Assembly: GCA_038231275.1 (NCBI GenBank)
Contig: JBBRLQ010000025.1
Span: 1-64,000, forward strand
Direction: 5' to 3'
DNA: 64,000 nt
DNA from: Polyangiales bacterium
GTDB taxonomy: Bacteria > Myxococcota_A > Polyangia > Polyangiales > Polyangiaceae
Notes under the pieces: model-generated
What the model saw: the letters and a program-made list of their open reading frames with translations, nothing else
What the model was told of the DNA's origin: nothing
Databases searched by the model: none
Position numbers and translations under genes: made by a program
Part shown: positions 48,704 through 58,022 of the stretch, one piece after another
Layout: each line of letters opens with the position of its first letter
Numbering within the stretch: position 1 is the stretch's first letter

Positions 48704-50161
48704 ATGAGCGAGGGCGAGGGTTGGCTGCTGGTCGGTCTCGAAGAGAAGGTTGCGCGACGTCAGGGGGTCCCCGCGAAGATCCCGGTCCCGAGCAAAGCCG
48801 AGTTCGAGGCGATGGCCGAAAAAGGCCTCCAGCCCGACCAACTCAAGAAGTGGGTCACCTCGTTCCTTCAGGTCGCCCCCGCCTCGTGGCGCACCGAGAA
48901 TCCGGACCTCGCCAAGTCGTACGATCGGTACCTGAGCAAGGTGGATTTGTGGACGAAAGCCCACAACGCGTTCGCAAAGGAAGACTTCAAGACCGCGATC
49001 TCGACGCTCAAGCTGATCATCAACCTCGATCCCGACGACCACGCCGCGAAGATGAACCTCGGCTCGACGCTCGCGTCGACGGGCGACCACGCCGGCGGGG
49101 TGAAGCTCCTCGAGGGCATTCGCCCGACGTTCGAGGGTGAGGCCGATTACCACTCGACGCTCGGGCAGCTCCACGCCGCGATGGGCAAGCGGGACGACGC
49201 CGTCGATGAGCTGGTCCTCGCGCTCGAGGCCAAGCCCGATCATCAAGCGTCGCTCGACATGCTGAAGCAGCTCGGCGTGCTCGTGGCCGTCTACGAGAAC
49301 CCGAAGGACGCGGCGTCACTGACGTACGTGCGCGCCGACTCGCTCGTCGACTACTTGCAGACCGTGTGGGACGCCGCGCCGCGCGACACCGCGTATTACC
49401 TCGAGCAAGCCGGCTATCACTCCACCGAGGGTCGCCACGCCGTCGCCCTCGCTGCCGCGGAGCGCGCCGCAGTCGCCAGCCAAAAACCGCACGAGCGCGC
49501 CGAGGCCGCGCGCGTCCAAGCGCTCCGCGCGCTCGGCAAGATCGACGAGGCGATCGCCGCCGCCAAGGCGTTCGCCGAGCACGATCCGCAGTCCTCGATC
49601 GCGCGCGTCGAGCTCGCGCAGGCGCATTCGGCGAAGGGGCAATTCGACGAGGCGAAAGCGGAGGTGCAAAAGGCCCTCGAGCTCGATCCCGGCAACCTCG
49701 TCGCCCTCGACCTTGCGTTCTGGCCGGTTGGCAAAGATCGCGACGACATCTCCAAGGTGCAAGAGTGCATCCCCGCCCTCTTCGCGTTCGCCGACAAGCA
49801 CGGCAGCTCCGCCGGCGCATGGCGCTCGCTCGCCCGCGCCAAGCTGCAGGTGAACTCGTACGACGAGGCGTTCGAGCTCTACAGGATGGCGATCACCCTC
49901 GCGCCCGAGGACGACGAGCTCCGCGCGGAGTACTGGACCGAACTCGGTCGACAGACCAAGTACGAAGAGATCATCAAGGACTCGCAGGCCATGAAGGACA
50001 TGGGCGCGCGTGACTGGAAGCTGCGCTGGAACGAAGCCGAGGCGTACGCGCGCACCGGCAAGAAGGTGGAGGCCCGCGCCTCGTTCACGCAAATCCAGGG
50101 CGACCCGTCGCTCCACGTCGACGTTCGCAAGCGCGCGAAGCGGGCCGCCGGCGCGGTGTAG
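48704..50161 (+). CDS. Tetratricopeptide repeat protein
   Basis: Repeated helix pairs ending LDPDD, AKPDH, DPQS, LDPGN, LAPED. Confidence 0.85.
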   Translation: MSEGEGWLLVGLEEKVARRQGVPAKIPVPSKAEFEAMAEKGLQPDQLKKWVTSFLQVAPASWRTENPDLAKSYDRYLSKVDLWTKAHNAFAKEDFKTAISTLKLIINLDPDDHAAKMNLGSTLASTGDHAGGVKLLEGIRPTFEGEADYHSTLGQLHAAMGKRDDAVDELVLALEAKPDHQASLDMLKQLGVLVAVYENPKDAASLTYVRADSLVDYLQTVWDAAPRDTAYYLEQAGYHSTEGRHAVALAAAERAAVASQKPHERAEAARVQALRALGKIDEAIAAAKAFAEHDPQSSIARVELAQAHSAKGQFDEAKAEVQKALELDPGNLVALDLAFWPVGKDRDDISKVQECIPALFAFADKHGSSAGAWRSLARAKLQVNSYDEAFELYRMAITLAPEDDELRAEYWTELGRQTKYEEIIKDSQAMKDMGARDWKLRWNEAEAYARTGKKVEARASFTQIQGDPSLHVDVRKRAKRAAGAV

Positions 50162-50250
50162 TAGCGGCTCGGAGTCAGCATCAAGACGGACCGTCGCGCT
50201 CGAGGCTCGCGGCAACGGTCAGAGGCCGGCTGCGCCTCTTGGAAAGCCGA

Positions 50251-50514
50251 TCATGACGAACCGTATTCTCGCGCCTCGTACAGGCGTTGGAGACCGAAGC
50301 GGTCGAATGCCTCCCGCGCCGAGATGTCGCTGGCCGAGCTCGCCGGATCCGCCCAGAGGCGCTTGCCGTCCGTGAAGTAACGCAGCGTCGATCGCCCCGC
50401 GATCGACTGGATCTCCGGCGCAGGCACCTCGACCTGCATGTCCGCGTTCGACAACGCTTCGGGCAGCGCGGCCGAGCCGAACGCATGGATGATCATCCAG
50501 AGGGGAGAACTCAT
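50251..50514 (-). CDS. Putative immunity protein for the PAAR effector
   Basis: 87-aa ORF starting 10 nt after the effector stop on the same strand. Confidence 0.5.
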   Translation of the reverse strand: MSSPLWMIIHAFGSAALPEALSNADMQVEVPAPEIQSIAGRSTLRYFTDGKRLWADPASSASDISAREAFDRFGLQRLYEAREYGSS

Positions 50515-50523
50515 GACGTGGGG

Positions 50524-52962
50524 TCACCTGCCATTGTAGGGCATGACGGGCCGTACTTTGATCCCCGCGGCCTCGAAGACTTCGATCGTTGCAGCCCACT
50601 CTTCGGGGCTTCGAGGCCCATAGCGACCAGAACCTCCGTTGATGATCGCTTCGGGTTGTGCGCCAGGTTCGTGGACAAATCGCATTTCCCCGGCGGAAAA
50701 CGCGCCCTGGTCCGGGGGACTCAGGTTGCTGTGGACGACGTTCCCGCGCGGGGTGGTAAACGGAATCCCTTCGCGAGCGATGTTCAGGCCGCCTTGGTCC
50801 ACCGTGTAGAGGTAGACGCCGTTGGGGTCTGCCCGGTTTGTGACCGTGAGATCGCCCTCCGGAACCGGGGACCTCACCACGTCGTCGGGGACGGGGCTGT
50901 CAGGACTGACGCGGAACGCTTGCGACAGCTCCTTGTTCGTGCCCTGTTCGACGAGCGCATCGAGCTCGCCGGGCGGCATGTCGGGATTCGCCTTCGTGAG
51001 GTTCGCCCGCAGCCGCGCGGCCACCGCAGCGCGCCCCTCGGCGGAGAAGAGGGCGACGTCTTCGTTCGGAAGGATCTCGCGGTTCGGCGCGCGCGGCGCG
51101 CCGCCAACGGCCTCTTGCAGCGCGTTCATGCGCGCGGCCAGCTTCGTCGGGGCGGGCGGCGTTGCCTCGGCGGCCGTAATCTCGCTGGCCTTCGGCGCCG
51201 TGGCGGCGCCCTCGCACGTCGCGCAGGCGTTTTCTTTCGCGCCTCCGCCACCGCCAAGAGCGTCCTCTAGCCCCTTCGGCACTTCGGGGAGCTTCGGTCC
51301 GATCTCGCCCTTCCAACCCGGCGGCCGATAAATCTCGTGAACGTACCCCTTGCCGTACACCTCACCGATCGCAAATTCGTCGATCGGAATCCCCTCGGGA
51401 GCCGCATCGTGAGGGAAGCGGATGACGCCCTTCTGCCCGTTGAGGCCGACTCCAGGCTCGCCCCCCAGCTCGATGAGTCGCGCCTTGGGGATCGCGAGGA
51501 CGATGCCGTCACGGTAGAACGGCGTTCCCTCGGCGAACCAGATGTTGTCCGCGTTGACACCTTGCTTGCCGAACGCGCGGCCGGACTTGAGACCCCCCTC
51601 GAGCACACCCGGCAGCGCTTCGTCCGGAATGACCGAATAGGCCATCTCCGGGTTGACCGCCGTCGGATGCCCGTCGGCGTACAGCTGCTCGAACACTGCG
51701 TCCTGATCCGAAGCGCGTCGCACGTTGTTGGCGTTCGCGAGCATCTCTTCGGCGCTTGGCCGCGGAGTAGGCGCCACTTCTCCGGCGACGGGCTCGGGTG
51801 AACCGCCCTCGAGAAGCTTGGGGCCGGTTCCGCCCTCCAGAAGCTTGGGGCCGGTTCCGCCTTCGAGAAGCTTGGGTCCCGTTCCGCCCTCGAGAAGCTT
51901 GGGGCCGGTTCCGCCCTCGAGAAGCCGGGGTCCGCCTGTGCCGACCGGCTCGGTCCCCTTCATGACCCAGACGCCTTCCGAGTTCTGGACCATCTCGATC
52001 GGCTCGTTCACCCGCGCCGCGGGTCCTTCGAGCATCGGCCGTGCTTCGGGCGAGAGCACTTCGACGCCGGGCTTGCCGCCGCCGGTGAACCCTTCGAGAA
52101 GCTTGCCGCCCCCCTCCATGAGCTTGCCGCCTGCCGCACCCGCGACGAGACCGCCGCTCGTATGGAAGAACTGCTCGAAGCGATGGTCGCTGTAGCCCGC
52201 GGCGCTGTCGATCGCGGCGCCGCCTACCCCGCCGAGGTACGAGCCGCCCTTGAAAATTCCGAACCCCGCGCCGAGCTGGAGTGCCCCCTTGAAGAACGCG
52301 CCGAGACCCGTGCCGATGCTGCCCGCCGTCATCCCCGCGGCGACGCCGCCCACGACCACGGTGAGCGCCGCGGCGCCGAGGCCGATCATTCCGAAGATCA
52401 TTCCGACGTCGTGCAGCGCGGTGCCGATGTTGTGGAGCTTGGACGCGAACGTCTCCTCGTAAGGAACGTCGCTCGCGACCTTGGGGCCGTTCAAATACGT
52501 GTACTGCGTCTGCGGCAGGCACTGGCCGGTGCACGTGACCGTGTCCGTGTGACGCGCCGCCGGGAGCTGCCCGATGCCGATGAACTTCGCGCCCTCTTTG
52601 ATCTGGCTGCTGGAGCTGCATCCGGCCGGATCGGTCATTCGCGCGGCCATCTTGTTTTCGATGAAGACGGTCTCCAAACCCTTCTTGATCGCGCCGCAGA
52701 CCGAGCCGCTGACGTGATCTTCGTCGAAGTGCTCGCCGAGTCGCTCGCCGGCCCAGCCGCCCAAATAGAATGCGGACACCGCTCCAGCGCCTACGGCGAC
52801 GGCCGCGAGAATGGTGAGGCTCACCGGCGCGGTGATGATGATGACCGCCGCGATGATGGCCCCGAGGATGAGCCCGCCGACGAGACCCCAGAACGCGCCC
52901 CAGCCGGACGAGTGGCTCCCGACGTTGTCCCCCATGCGCGCGGCGAAGAGGACGTCGCTCAC
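50524..52962 (-). CDS. prePAAR-TMD-PAAR-TMD T6SS effector with C-terminal toxin domain(s)
   Basis: AARMGD prePAAR, hydrophobic hairpin, MAARMTD and PAARHTD, second Gly-rich TM region; adjacent DcrB/Eag gene. Confidence 0.88.
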   Translation of the reverse strand: MSDVLFAARMGDNVGSHSSGWGAFWGLVGGLILGAIIAAVIIITAPVSLTILAAVAVGAGAVSAFYLGGWAGERLGEHFDEDHVSGSVCGAIKKGLETVFIENKMAARMTDPAGCSSSSQIKEGAKFIGIGQLPAARHTDTVTCTGQCLPQTQYTYLNGPKVASDVPYEETFASKLHNIGTALHDVGMIFGMIGLGAAALTVVVGGVAAGMTAGSIGTGLGAFFKGALQLGAGFGIFKGGSYLGGVGGAAIDSAAGYSDHRFEQFFHTSGGLVAGAAGGKLMEGGGKLLEGFTGGGKPGVEVLSPEARPMLEGPAARVNEPIEMVQNSEGVWVMKGTEPVGTGGPRLLEGGTGPKLLEGGTGPKLLEGGTGPKLLEGGTGPKLLEGGSPEPVAGEVAPTPRPSAEEMLANANNVRRASDQDAVFEQLYADGHPTAVNPEMAYSVIPDEALPGVLEGGLKSGRAFGKQGVNADNIWFAEGTPFYRDGIVLAIPKARLIELGGEPGVGLNGQKGVIRFPHDAAPEGIPIDEFAIGEVYGKGYVHEIYRPPGWKGEIGPKLPEVPKGLEDALGGGGGAKENACATCEGAATAPKASEITAAEATPPAPTKLAARMNALQEAVGGAPRAPNREILPNEDVALFSAEGRAAVAARLRANLTKANPDMPPGELDALVEQGTNKELSQAFRVSPDSPVPDDVVRSPVPEGDLTVTNRADPNGVYLYTVDQGGLNIAREGIPFTTPRGNVVHSNLSPPDQGAFSAGEMRFVHEPGAQPEAIINGGSGRYGPRSPEEWAATIEVFEAAGIKVRPVMPYNGR
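51803..51931. repeat. 27-bp coding tandem repeat, 4 full plus 1 partial unit (LLEGGTGPK)
   Basis: Unit CCGCCCTCGAGAAGCTTGGGGCCGGTT at 51803, 51830, 51857, 51884, partial 51911. Confidence 0.95.
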
Positions 52963-53031
52963 GTGGAGCTCCTCTCGCCGAGGACGACGACGCACGCATG
53001 GAGGTGGGAGGGGGCTTGGGTCATTCGTTCT

Positions 53032-53589
53032 TCAGCGGCGACCGCCGCGGTAGCCGGGCATGGGGACGAGGGGCGGCGCGGACGGGTCTTGTGGGGTCTG
53101 ACTGGGTCGCGCGACGCTGGGCGGCGGACCGCCCGACGGCACGGGCGGCGGCGTGTCGAAGCGGACCGTCTTCAGGATCTCGTCGAAGAGCGGCCGCGAC
53201 GAGGCACCGTCCTTCGCGGGCGCCGTGGTCGTGAACGACGTCGCGACGCGGCCGGTCTCGATCGTGCGCTCCACGAACGTCACGGTTTGCTCGAGCTGCC
53301 CCGTGTGACCAATCCAAGTGTACCGGAGAAAAATTGCCGGCTGCCCGCCGAGCTGGGTCTCTTTGCTCTCGAGGAGATCGAAATCCTTCAGGTGCCGTCC
53401 GAGCTGGAGGAGCTGGCGGTCGGCGTGGCTCCGCAACGAATCGGCTTCCCGAATCGCCTCGCGCGTCATCACGAAGTTCGGCGCCGCGTCGCTAGAGGGT
53501 CCGACAGGAGCGGTGTAGGCCACGATGGTTCGGTCGACCCAGTTCGCAGGTGTTTCGAAGAAGGCATCTCGATCTTGGTGACGCGGCAT
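53032..53589 (-). CDS. DcrB/DUF1795 (Eag-type) effector chaperone
   Basis: PANWVDRTI, NFVMTRE, DRQLLQL, LGGQPA; directly upstream of prePAAR effector. Confidence 0.85.
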   Translation of the reverse strand: MPRHQDRDAFFETPANWVDRTIVAYTAPVGPSSDAAPNFVMTREAIREADSLRSHADRQLLQLGRHLKDFDLLESKETQLGGQPAIFLRYTWIGHTGQLEQTVTFVERTIETGRVATSFTTTAPAKDGASSRPLFDEILKTVRFDTPPPVPSGGPPPSVARPSQTPQDPSAPPLVPMPGYRGGRR

Positions 53590-53789
53590 GAAGTGGTCGT
53601 CCTCCTCGGGTTTCCTTGATCCCCCATGGTAGCGAGGGAGGGCAGATCTAGGGACGACGAAAAATCTGCCCGACCTCTAATGGATACGCCGGCCGAGGTG
53701 CGCCGCTCCCCTCCCCGTTCGAGGCGGGCGCGGGTCGACGCGGGCGCGTTCCGTTAAGAGAAGTAATTTTGAGTAGATAGCCGACGATT

Positions 53790-55010
53790 TCAGCGGCCGT
53801 GGATCGTAAAATACGAGAGCGGGCGCGTGTCGTTCGCGGCGTAGGTCACGAAGAGCTCACGCTTGTCGAACGGATAGACGGCGGTGGCGAGCGGTGCGTC
53901 GAAGAGGTCGACGTAGTGCGGCACACCGAGCCCGTACCAACGCGATAGGTCGTAGTGGCTCAGTTGGAACCTCGGAACGAGGATGACGCGCGGCATCAGG
54001 TGGTTCGCGCCGAGCACGGGTTCCCGGAGCTCCACCCACGAGAAGGGCCCCTCGTCGAGGAGCGCCGCGCGCACCGAGAGGAACGGATTTTCGACGACAA
54101 GCGGGCGCGGCGCGAGCTCCACCTCGAACGTCCGGCCGATGCTCTCGACGTCGATTACCGGGAGCCCGCGAATGCGCTCCAGCACGTCGAGAATGTCGGG
54201 GGTCAGCGTCCCCGGAACGAGCGTCTGCGGAGGGACGAACGCCTTCGCGAGGTTGTCGGCGAGGAGCGGCCCCTCCGCGTCGCGAAAATTGCGCGCGAGC
54301 GGGCCGTCGGGCGAGAGGCCGATGGCGTCGATCGCGAGCGGGAGCGGTTCGCCGTTGCGCCGGAAGATGTCGAACGCCTCGACCTGCATCCCACGAAGCC
54401 CGGGGCCGCCGATGTCAGGGCCGCCCGCGAAGAGGATCTCGTCACGGACGATGGCCTGCTCGAGCGCGGCGTGTCCCCAGCGGCGCATCAGGAATACTGC
54501 GTTGTCGTGCAAGAAGGCGGGCGAAGCCGGATCGAGCGCAGGCAGCGGGTCGGCGACCACGTTCGCGTACGCGATGGAGTGGACGAGGCGCCCCGTGAAG
54601 GCTCCGCGCGATCGCGCATCCAGTGAGATCGTGTGCGGCCCTTTGCGGCACCCGGCGCCGAAGCCGGACGCGGCGAGCTCCACGACCCAACCGGCGCGCA
54701 GGGCCTGATCGAGCAGCCGAACGAACGTCCCCGATCGCCGCGCGAGGCCGAGCGCGAGACCGACGTCCGGCGGTCCCGACGGCGCGGCGACGGGCGGGTC
54801 GGCGAGATCCCAGCGGATCGGCCTATAATTTTCGGCAGATCGTGCCTCGGCCGGCCTTCCCTGGGAGTCGATACGGCCGCCCGTGGCGCTGAAGTACTCG
54901 GCGCTGGGGCCGCGTGGGTTGCTGGGCTCGCCTTGTCCGCGTTTCAGCTTCAGCCGGGGGCGGCCTTCGGAATCCGCGATGAGGCGCGGCGGCGTGCGGG
55001 GCGACCCCAT
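53790..55010 (-). CDS. Two-domain hypothetical protein: degenerate zincin-like domain plus immunity-like domain
   Basis: GWVVE..GFGAGC..ISLD..LVHSIAYA..RDEILFAGGPDIG followed by a distinct ~135-aa alpha/beta domain. Confidence 0.55.
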   Translation of the reverse strand: MGSPRTPPRLIADSEGRPRLKLKRGQGEPSNPRGPSAEYFSATGGRIDSQGRPAEARSAENYRPIRWDLADPPVAAPSGPPDVGLALGLARRSGTFVRLLDQALRAGWVVELAASGFGAGCRKGPHTISLDARSRGAFTGRLVHSIAYANVVADPLPALDPASPAFLHDNAVFLMRRWGHAALEQAIVRDEILFAGGPDIGGPGLRGMQVEAFDIFRRNGEPLPLAIDAIGLSPDGPLARNFRDAEGPLLADNLAKAFVPPQTLVPGTLTPDILDVLERIRGLPVIDVESIGRTFEVELAPRPLVVENPFLSVRAALLDEGPFSWVELREPVLGANHLMPRVILVPRFQLSHYDLSRWYGLGVPHYVDLFDAPLATAVYPFDKRELFVTYAANDTRPLSYFTIHGR

Positions 55011-55062
55011 GCGCCGGAGGATAACAGCTGCAGACTCCGAGGGGGGAGGTTACCCTGGCCGC

Positions 55063-55656
55063 GTGAGCGCCGCCGATGACGAGGTCGACACGTCGCAGCA
55101 AGCCGGCGTCGGGCCGCTCAACTACGACGAGCTCCCCGGCCTGGAAGACATCCTGCTCGAGGACAGCCTCGTCCGCGAGATCGTCGAGTCGCCGAGCTCG
55201 CTCCGCTTCGTCCTCGCCGCCGCGCTGAAGCGGGCCCATCCCTTCTACCAGCGCCCGCGCGCCGGCGATCGTCACTGCTACCGCCCCGCGACGCTGACGT
55301 TCCACGGCGCACAAATCGTGTGGTCGAAGAAGACGACGCTCCGCTTCACCGACGCGGCCGCAGCCGTCGATCTCGGCAACATCGACACATTCGTCGCCCC
55401 ACCCGAAGGCGGCTACCACCTCGAAGGGGATTTTGGCGTCGTCGACGTGCGCCGCTCGCGCGCGCCGGTCTTCACGGTCCTCGGCGCGGCACCGGAGGAG
55501 CGCGCATACTTGCGCGAGGCGATCTCGGCGTGGGTCGCCCACCGTCCCCCGACGCTCGAGCGCCCCGCCGGGATGGCCGGTGCCGACGAGGGGCGCGACG
55601 GAGTGGAGCACGGCCACCTCCACCCCCACGGCCACCATCACCACCATCGGCACTGA
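55063..55656 (+). CDS. Hypothetical (immunity-like) protein with His-rich tail
   Basis: LEDSLV..HPFY..CY..LTF..DLGNID..LEGDFG; ends HGHLHPHGHHHHHRH; start uncertain. Confidence 0.6.
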   Translation: MSAADDEVDTSQQAGVGPLNYDELPGLEDILLEDSLVREIVESPSSLRFVLAAALKRAHPFYQRPRAGDRHCYRPATLTFHGAQIVWSKKTTLRFTDAAAAVDLGNIDTFVAPPEGGYHLEGDFGVVDVRRSRAPVFTVLGAAPEERAYLREAISAWVAHRPPTLERPAGMAGADEGRDGVEHGHLHPHGHHHHHRH

Positions 55657-55665
55657 GCCCGAGCG

Positions 55666-56094
55666 ATGACGCGGCACGTCTTCGACGACACGACGCTGGA
55701 GTGCGGCGACGACTTCGTCCTCACGACGATCGTCGCGCAACGCGCGAAAAAGGGCGATTTCGCCCCAAATTTGGTGCTGACACGAGGCCCCCTTCGCGAC
55801 GAGGAGACCCTCGAGACCTACGTCGCCCGCCAGCTCGTGGAGCTGGCCAAGAGCCTGAAGAGCTTCAAGCTGCACGGGCGCACCGAAGTAGAGCTCGCGG
55901 GCCGACCGGCCCGTCGCATCGCGTGCGGATGGCAAGGCACGCAGGGTCACGTCGAGCAACGCATGACGATGGTCGCGATCGACGGGCGCGTCCTCACGTT
56001 CACCGTCACCGTGCCAAAGGCCAAGGCCGACGAGCTCTTTCCGCTGTTCGACGGCATCCTCGCGACCGTCGCCATCGGCGCGATCGCCGGCTGA
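55666..56094 (+). CDS. DcrB/DUF1795-like protein (second copy)
   Basis: PNLVLTR..TLETYVARQLVELAKSL..LAGRPA, similar to 53032..53589. Confidence 0.8.
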   Translation: MTRHVFDDTTLECGDDFVLTTIVAQRAKKGDFAPNLVLTRGPLRDEETLETYVARQLVELAKSLKSFKLHGRTEVELAGRPARRIACGWQGTQGHVEQRMTMVAIDGRVLTFTVTVPKAKADELFPLFDGILATVAIGAIAG

Positions 56095-56186
56095 CGCCCA
56101 AGCAAGGGGCATTCCGGAGCACATCGCTCACCATGGGTGCTTCCGAGGGGGGCGTCGCGCCTGGTTGGGAGTATCATTAAGGAAGA

Positions 56187-58022
56187 ATGGCGCGCTCGCT
56201 CTCCATCGCTCCCTGCGAGTCGTTCAGCCCTGCCCTATTGCGCTCCGAGCCGGCCGCGCTCGCGTCGTGGATCCGCTACCGCCTCGCGAAGTGGCTGCTG
56301 AACGCCCCCGTGCGCAAGTCCGGGTGGACCTACCCGAGCACGTCGCACTACGCGTCCGGCAACATCCTGGTCGGCCGCGATCAGGCGACGTTCGCGCTCG
56401 AGCGCGAGGACCAGAAGGTCGAGATCGTCTACCACTTCGCCGGCGCCGGCTTCATGATCGGCTCGCGAATTCCGTTCACGATGATGCAGACGATGCCGAG
56501 CCCCAAGGGCTCGAACGATCTCTTCATCCTGGGCGAAGTGACCGGTGACGGCGATCAGGAGAACCTCGATCGGCTCGGCATCACGAACAAGAACTGCATG
56601 CTGATCGATCTGCGCACGCTCCTCGACGCCGAGGTGACGCATCGCGGTCACGGCATCGCGGGCTCGGCGCTCCTCCTCGGCGTGTCGCCGTCGCTCCAGG
56701 CGGATTTCTCACGCCTCGCCGCGTACTCGCGCCGCCTCTCGAACCTCGCGAACCAGCCCATTTCGCGCCAGACCGTCTACACCCCGGGCCTGCGCTCGGA
56801 GTGGAATCCGACGAACGTGATGGGCATGGGCGGCGTCGACCCGCGCGCCATCTACGAGGACGTCGAGATCATCTTCAGCCACCACGACTTCCGCGCGGTC
56901 CTCTTCTTCGGCGGCCTCCAGGGCACGGCGAACACCGGCTCCGTCGCGTTCATGGGCCAGATCACCAACGCCGCGAACGACGACAAGGGCGCGCTCCCGA
57001 AGGCCGTCAGCACCATCGGCAAGGCGCTGCTCGCCAACCTCAACCAGGGCAGCAAGGGCCTCCAAGCCGGCCTCATCGATCAGGCGAAGGGCATGGTCGC
57101 CAAAGCCATCCCCGACGCGAACGTGCGAAAGGCCGTCAGCTTCGGCCTCGGCGAGATCGGCAAGAGCAAAAAGGAGATCGAAGCGGACCTCATCGGGAAG
57201 GGTAAGGGGTTCATCGACTCCAAGCTCCCCGACGGCTTCGGCAAGAAGGCGTTCGACTTCGCCGTCGATCACATCGGCAAGAGCAAAAAGGAGATCGAGA
57301 AAGATCTCTTCCACGACGTCGTCGGCGGCTTCAAAGGCAAGATCGACGGCAAGCTCCCCGATGGGTTCATGAAGAAGGTGGTCGATTTCGGTATCGACCA
57401 CGCCGGCGAGAACCTGAAAGAGCTGAAGGCCTCGGCCGTCGGCGTTCTCAAGGACAAGGCGTCGGAGCTCGGCAAGGCGTACTGGGACGCCCACCAAGAC
57501 CAGCTCCTGCAGTACAAATTCCCGGCCCTCGCGACTGCCGCGATCGCGATCGCGTCGAACAAGAACGCGCGAACGTTGGCCGGTCAGTTCCCGTCCGTCG
57601 AGCGCGCGATCTTCAGCGAGCTCGGCGACAAGCTCAACCTGCCGCCGGTCGCCAGCACGTTCCTCAAGGACAACGCGGCCGCGATCGTCTCGGGCGACTG
57701 GAAGGGCGTCGCGCAGGTCGCGATCAGCAACGAGCTCGGCGGGGGCGGCTTCGGCAACCAGGCGGCGGCCGTCGCCCTCGAAAAATTGACCGGCCAGCCA
57801 GTGACGTCGACGGCGCTGAAGTTGCTCGGCGGGCAAGGGCTCAAGACACTCTTCGACGGCGGCGCGCCCGTGGTCGCGTCGGGCAAGGCGGGCGACGCCG
57901 CGGTAACCGGAGTGTCCGCGACCCACGTCAACGTGAAAGGGCCGACCGGTCTCGCCAAAGTGCTGTCCCACGGGGACTTCTTCGGGGCGTACGATATGGT
58001 TGCATCGCCTGGCGTCCAGTGA
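56187..58022 (+). CDS. Hypothetical protein with ~40-aa internal repeats (candidate effector)
   Basis: Repeats IGKSKKEIE.DL and KLPDGF.KK..DF..DH; lies between dcrB and vgrG. Confidence 0.7.
   Translation: MARSLSIAPCESFSPALLRSEPAALASWIRYRLAKWLLNAPVRKSGWTYPSTSHYASGNILVGRDQATFALEREDQKVEIVYHFAGAGFMIGSRIPFTMMQTMPSPKGSNDLFILGEVTGDGDQENLDRLGITNKNCMLIDLRTLLDAEVTHRGHGIAGSALLLGVSPSLQADFSRLAAYSRRLSNLANQPISRQTVYTPGLRSEWNPTNVMGMGGVDPRAIYEDVEIIFSHHDFRAVLFFGGLQGTANTGSVAFMGQITNAANDDKGALPKAVSTIGKALLANLNQGSKGLQAGLIDQAKGMVAKAIPDANVRKAVSFGLGEIGKSKKEIEADLIGKGKGFIDSKLPDGFGKKAFDFAVDHIGKSKKEIEKDLFHDVVGGFKGKIDGKLPDGFMKKVVDFGIDHAGENLKELKASAVGVLKDKASELGKAYWDAHQDQLLQYKFPALATAAIAIASNKNARTLAGQFPSVERAIFSELGDKLNLPPVASTFLKDNAAAIVSGDWKGVAQVAISNELGGGGFGNQAAAVALEKLTGQPVTSTALKLLGGQGLKTLFDGGAPVVASGKAGDAAVTGVSATHVNVKGPTGLAKVLSHGDFFGAYDMVASPGVQ

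Noticed and set aside
51803..51931. Possible CRISPR array
   Set aside because: Repeats are head-to-tail with no spacers, in frame within a CDS, and no cas genes are present
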